Origin: Paragordius varius
Lineage: Eukaryota > Animalia > Nematomorpha
Reading direction: 5' to 3'
DNA length: 64,000 nucleotides
NCBI GenBank assembly: GCA_964247055.1
Contig: OZ176060.1
Location: 1,426,001-1,490,000, forward strand
The number at the start of each line of letters is the position of its first letter. Position 1 is the stretch's first letter. Of this stretch, positions 63,640-64,000 are shown one piece after another. The position numbers were made by a program, and so were the translations under genes. The notes under the pieces are model-generated. The model made no database searches. It was not told the origin of the DNA and worked only from the letters and a program-made list of their open reading frames with translations.

Positions 63640-64000
63640 ATTTTTTTTCATCGTGACATTAGGAATACCATCGAACAAGTTGACTAAATTATGGAAAAGT
63701 AAAGATAACACTATGAAACTGTCAGAGTTATGAAATACATGTTTTTTCGGGTAGCGACTTATGCTGCAAAAAGTTGGATATTGAAATTTAATGATAATAA
63801 AAATTAAAGCTTTTGAAATTTGGTATTGGAGGAGTATAATATAGAGTGGTACAGAGTAATGGCTATAATAAAAAATTTACGTTCTAGGGCATATTTTAAG
63901 GAGTACATCCCTGATTTTTTGGGAATTGAAAGGGAAGGAAAAGATATTTTGTAAGATGGCTGAACACTGTAGTTAGGGTGTATGAGTGAATTAAAATGGA
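63640..64000 (+). pseudogene. RTE-clade LINE C-terminal fragment
   Basis: YAAKSWIL and IKAFEIWYWRS (cf. YGCESWTL, AFEMWCWRR). Confidence 0.65.

Overview
Very AT-rich eukaryotic genomic DNA in the standard genetic code, with no prokaryotic features. The whole window is one + strand gene, open at both ends. By hand it splices into about 34 exons and a stop-free frame of about 2,700 codons (1..61586, continuing past the last donor). The product is a very large extracellular protein: at least 5 F-type-lectin/discoidin-like domains and a WSC-like domain, then a stalk of roughly 35-40 EGF-like modules (counted by eye), ending in calcium-binding EGFs. Intron sizes are strikingly bimodal. About 20-24 are GT-AG mini-introns of 21-28 nt, one is 119 nt, and ten are 2.2-13.2 kb. 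The long introns are filled with transposon relics: CACTA/CMC-type, piggyBac-like, hAT-Buster, CACAGTG-ended and foldback MITEs, Helitrons, mariner and Tc1/IS630 transposases, and RTE and other LINE fragments. Many of these are self-complementary. A decayed Tc1/IS630 transposase itself carries 22-nt host-type mini-introns. Animal-type domains plus 22-25-nt introns suggest a reduced parasitic animal such as a dicyemid or myxozoan; this is inference and the taxon cannot be fixed from the sequence. All coordinates come from manual reading. Repeat boundaries are approximate unless termini are quoted.
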